64,000 nt of DNA, from contig BAAIJX010000005.1 in assembly GCA_054600435.1 (NCBI GenBank), positions 186,001 through 250,000 of the forward strand, read 5' to 3'. How positions within the stretch are numbered: the stretch's first letter is position 1; the number at the start of each line of letters is the position of its first letter. This DNA is from Neophaeotheca triangularis (lineage: Eukaryota). The translations under genes were made by a program, and so were the position numbers. This document shows positions 62,103-64,000 of the stretch, piece after piece. A model generated the notes under the pieces. It saw nothing but the letters and a program-made list of their open reading frames with translations, was not told the origin of the DNA and ran no database searches.

Positions 62103-62731
62103 AGGCTCCGGTGTGGGCAAGTGATGGGAGAGTCATCTGCGTCTTTACTCTGCCTTGCTGTATTTTAATTGTCCACTTCACTCAATTGACCGGGAGTAAA
62201 ATCCATGGGCGACATCGACGCCTCGTTCTACAAGCGCATAATAAGCGAAAGCGAAAGTGCCGTAATGTCGACATGACATGGTCATTCCGTAATTTTTGTC
62301 TCGGGTGTCTTGTCGTCAAGACTTTCTGCTCGGTTAAGGCTGGCATTTGTGGAGGGTCAGAGTTGGAGATGCACGTTGGTTTTTTTTTTTTTTCCAGACT
62401 GCATCTGATATTATTGACTGTATGTACACATCGCTATATAATGGGACCATCCAAGTGTTACAAGTGGTATTTGGCACTGGTCACACCCCCTGTTAGCACT
62501 CAATAATCGCAATTCGGAAGTCCGCCATCCCATCCGGGACATTGTGAACATTCTGTCCGCATCTTGAACACACACATTGGCTACACCCACGGCGCACACT
62601 TATAGACGAACGTAAACTCCAAGAAATCACCAGCCGCATCACGCATAACCGCCACTGCGAAGCACCCCGAACATATCATCCCAAAACCACCACCCCAAAT
62701 CCCACACCCAATTCCCTACCAAAACACAAAA

Positions 62732-63448
62732 ATGCACCTCAACACCACCACAGCCCTCTCCCACCCCTCCATCCTCCTAGTCCCCTACACCGCCCGCCAC
62801 GTCCCCACCTACCACACCTGGATGCAATCCCCCGCTCTCCGTGAAGCCACAGCCTCCGAACCGCTGACCCTGCCCGAAGAACACACGATGCAAGAAACCT
62901 GGCGCAGCGACGGCGACAAACTGACATTCATAACCTGCCTTCCCTTGCCACGGGCGGAGAAAAGCTCGGGCCGGGGTTTCAGGGCAGGGACGGAGGAGAT
63001 GATCGGGGATGTGAATCTTTTCTTGTCTGAGCCGGATGAGGAGGAGTTTGAAGGGGTGGGAGTGGTGGCCGAGGTGGAGCTTATGGTTGCGAAACCCGAG
63101 TGCAGGCGGATGGGGTATGGGAGGGCGGCTGTGAGGGTGTTTTTGGGATTTGTGGTAGCGAATTGGGAGGGGCTAGTGGCTGAGAATCGGGCTTGGAGGG
63201 TTGCGAAAGGGGAGAGGGGTGGGCAGGGCGAGGGCGTGGGGACTTGTTGTTTTGTCGTCAAGATGAAGGAGGGGAATGTGGGGAGTATTGCGTTGTTTGA
63301 GTCTTTGGGGTTTGTTATGAAGGGGGAGGGGGCGAATTACTTTGGGGAGGTGGAAATGAGGTTGCGACCTACCGAGGAGTGGGTTCAGGGTGCTAAGAAG
63401 TGGTATGAGGAATGCGAGGTGCTTGAATATGGCAGCGGAGGGGATTGA
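62732..63448 (+). CDS. GNAT N-acetyltransferase 9-like protein
   Basis: LVPYTARHVPTYHTWM, TASEPLTL, DKLTFI, MIGDVNLF, RRMGYG, SIALFESLGF. Confidence 0.9.
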   Translation: MHLNTTTALSHPSILLVPYTARHVPTYHTWMQSPALREATASEPLTLPEEHTMQETWRSDGDKLTFITCLPLPRAEKSSGRGFRAGTEEMIGDVNLFLSEPDEEEFEGVGVVAEVELMVAKPECRRMGYGRAAVRVFLGFVVANWEGLVAENRAWRVAKGERGGQGEGVGTCCFVVKMKEGNVGSIALFESLGFVMKGEGANYFGEVEMRLRPTEEWVQGAKKWYEECEVLEYGSGGD

Positions 63449-63626
63449 GAGCAATTGGGGATGGTCACTCGGGAAGGTTGGATGGAAGGTATCATGACTT
63501 TTCATACGGAACGGTGCTGAACCCGAGAGAGCTAGCTATGCACACCTGCGCCTCGCTCGCCACCAGCTTATCATTAAGCCATTGACGGTTCGTCGCTCGA
63601 CAACGCACTTCGTCAAGCTCGCAAGC

Positions 63627-64000
<374 letters not shown>

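Overview
Gene-dense, intron-containing nuclear DNA of a filamentous ascomycete. It looks Dothideomycete-like, which is an inference from protein sequences and short GT..CTRAY..YAG introns. About 26 protein genes can be supported, mostly housekeeping: RIB4, a CAMK-like kinase, an amino-acid permease, HAM-8-like, PEX1, a zinc-finger-like protein, BET2, a RhoGAP, CHK2-like, HIS2, FKBP12 (5 exons, missed by the ORF track), TRM61, a TPR/F-box protein, DUF1640, UBX5-like, an M20 peptidase, a GCK-III kinase, a GPI wall protein, NDH-2, a 3-beta-HSD-like SDR, NAT9-like and the 3' end of enolase. I found no tRNA, rRNA, CRISPR array or intact transposon. The most notable item not accounted for by the ORF track is a ~410-nt highly structured minus-strand element (38125-38537) with a complete box H/ACA snoRNA architecture and large multi-hairpin insertions. 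Also notable is a tandem pair of small Cys/His-patterned ORFs (58951-59909) sharing a putative metal-binding motif. All exon structures and folds were derived by eye; no database searches were run.
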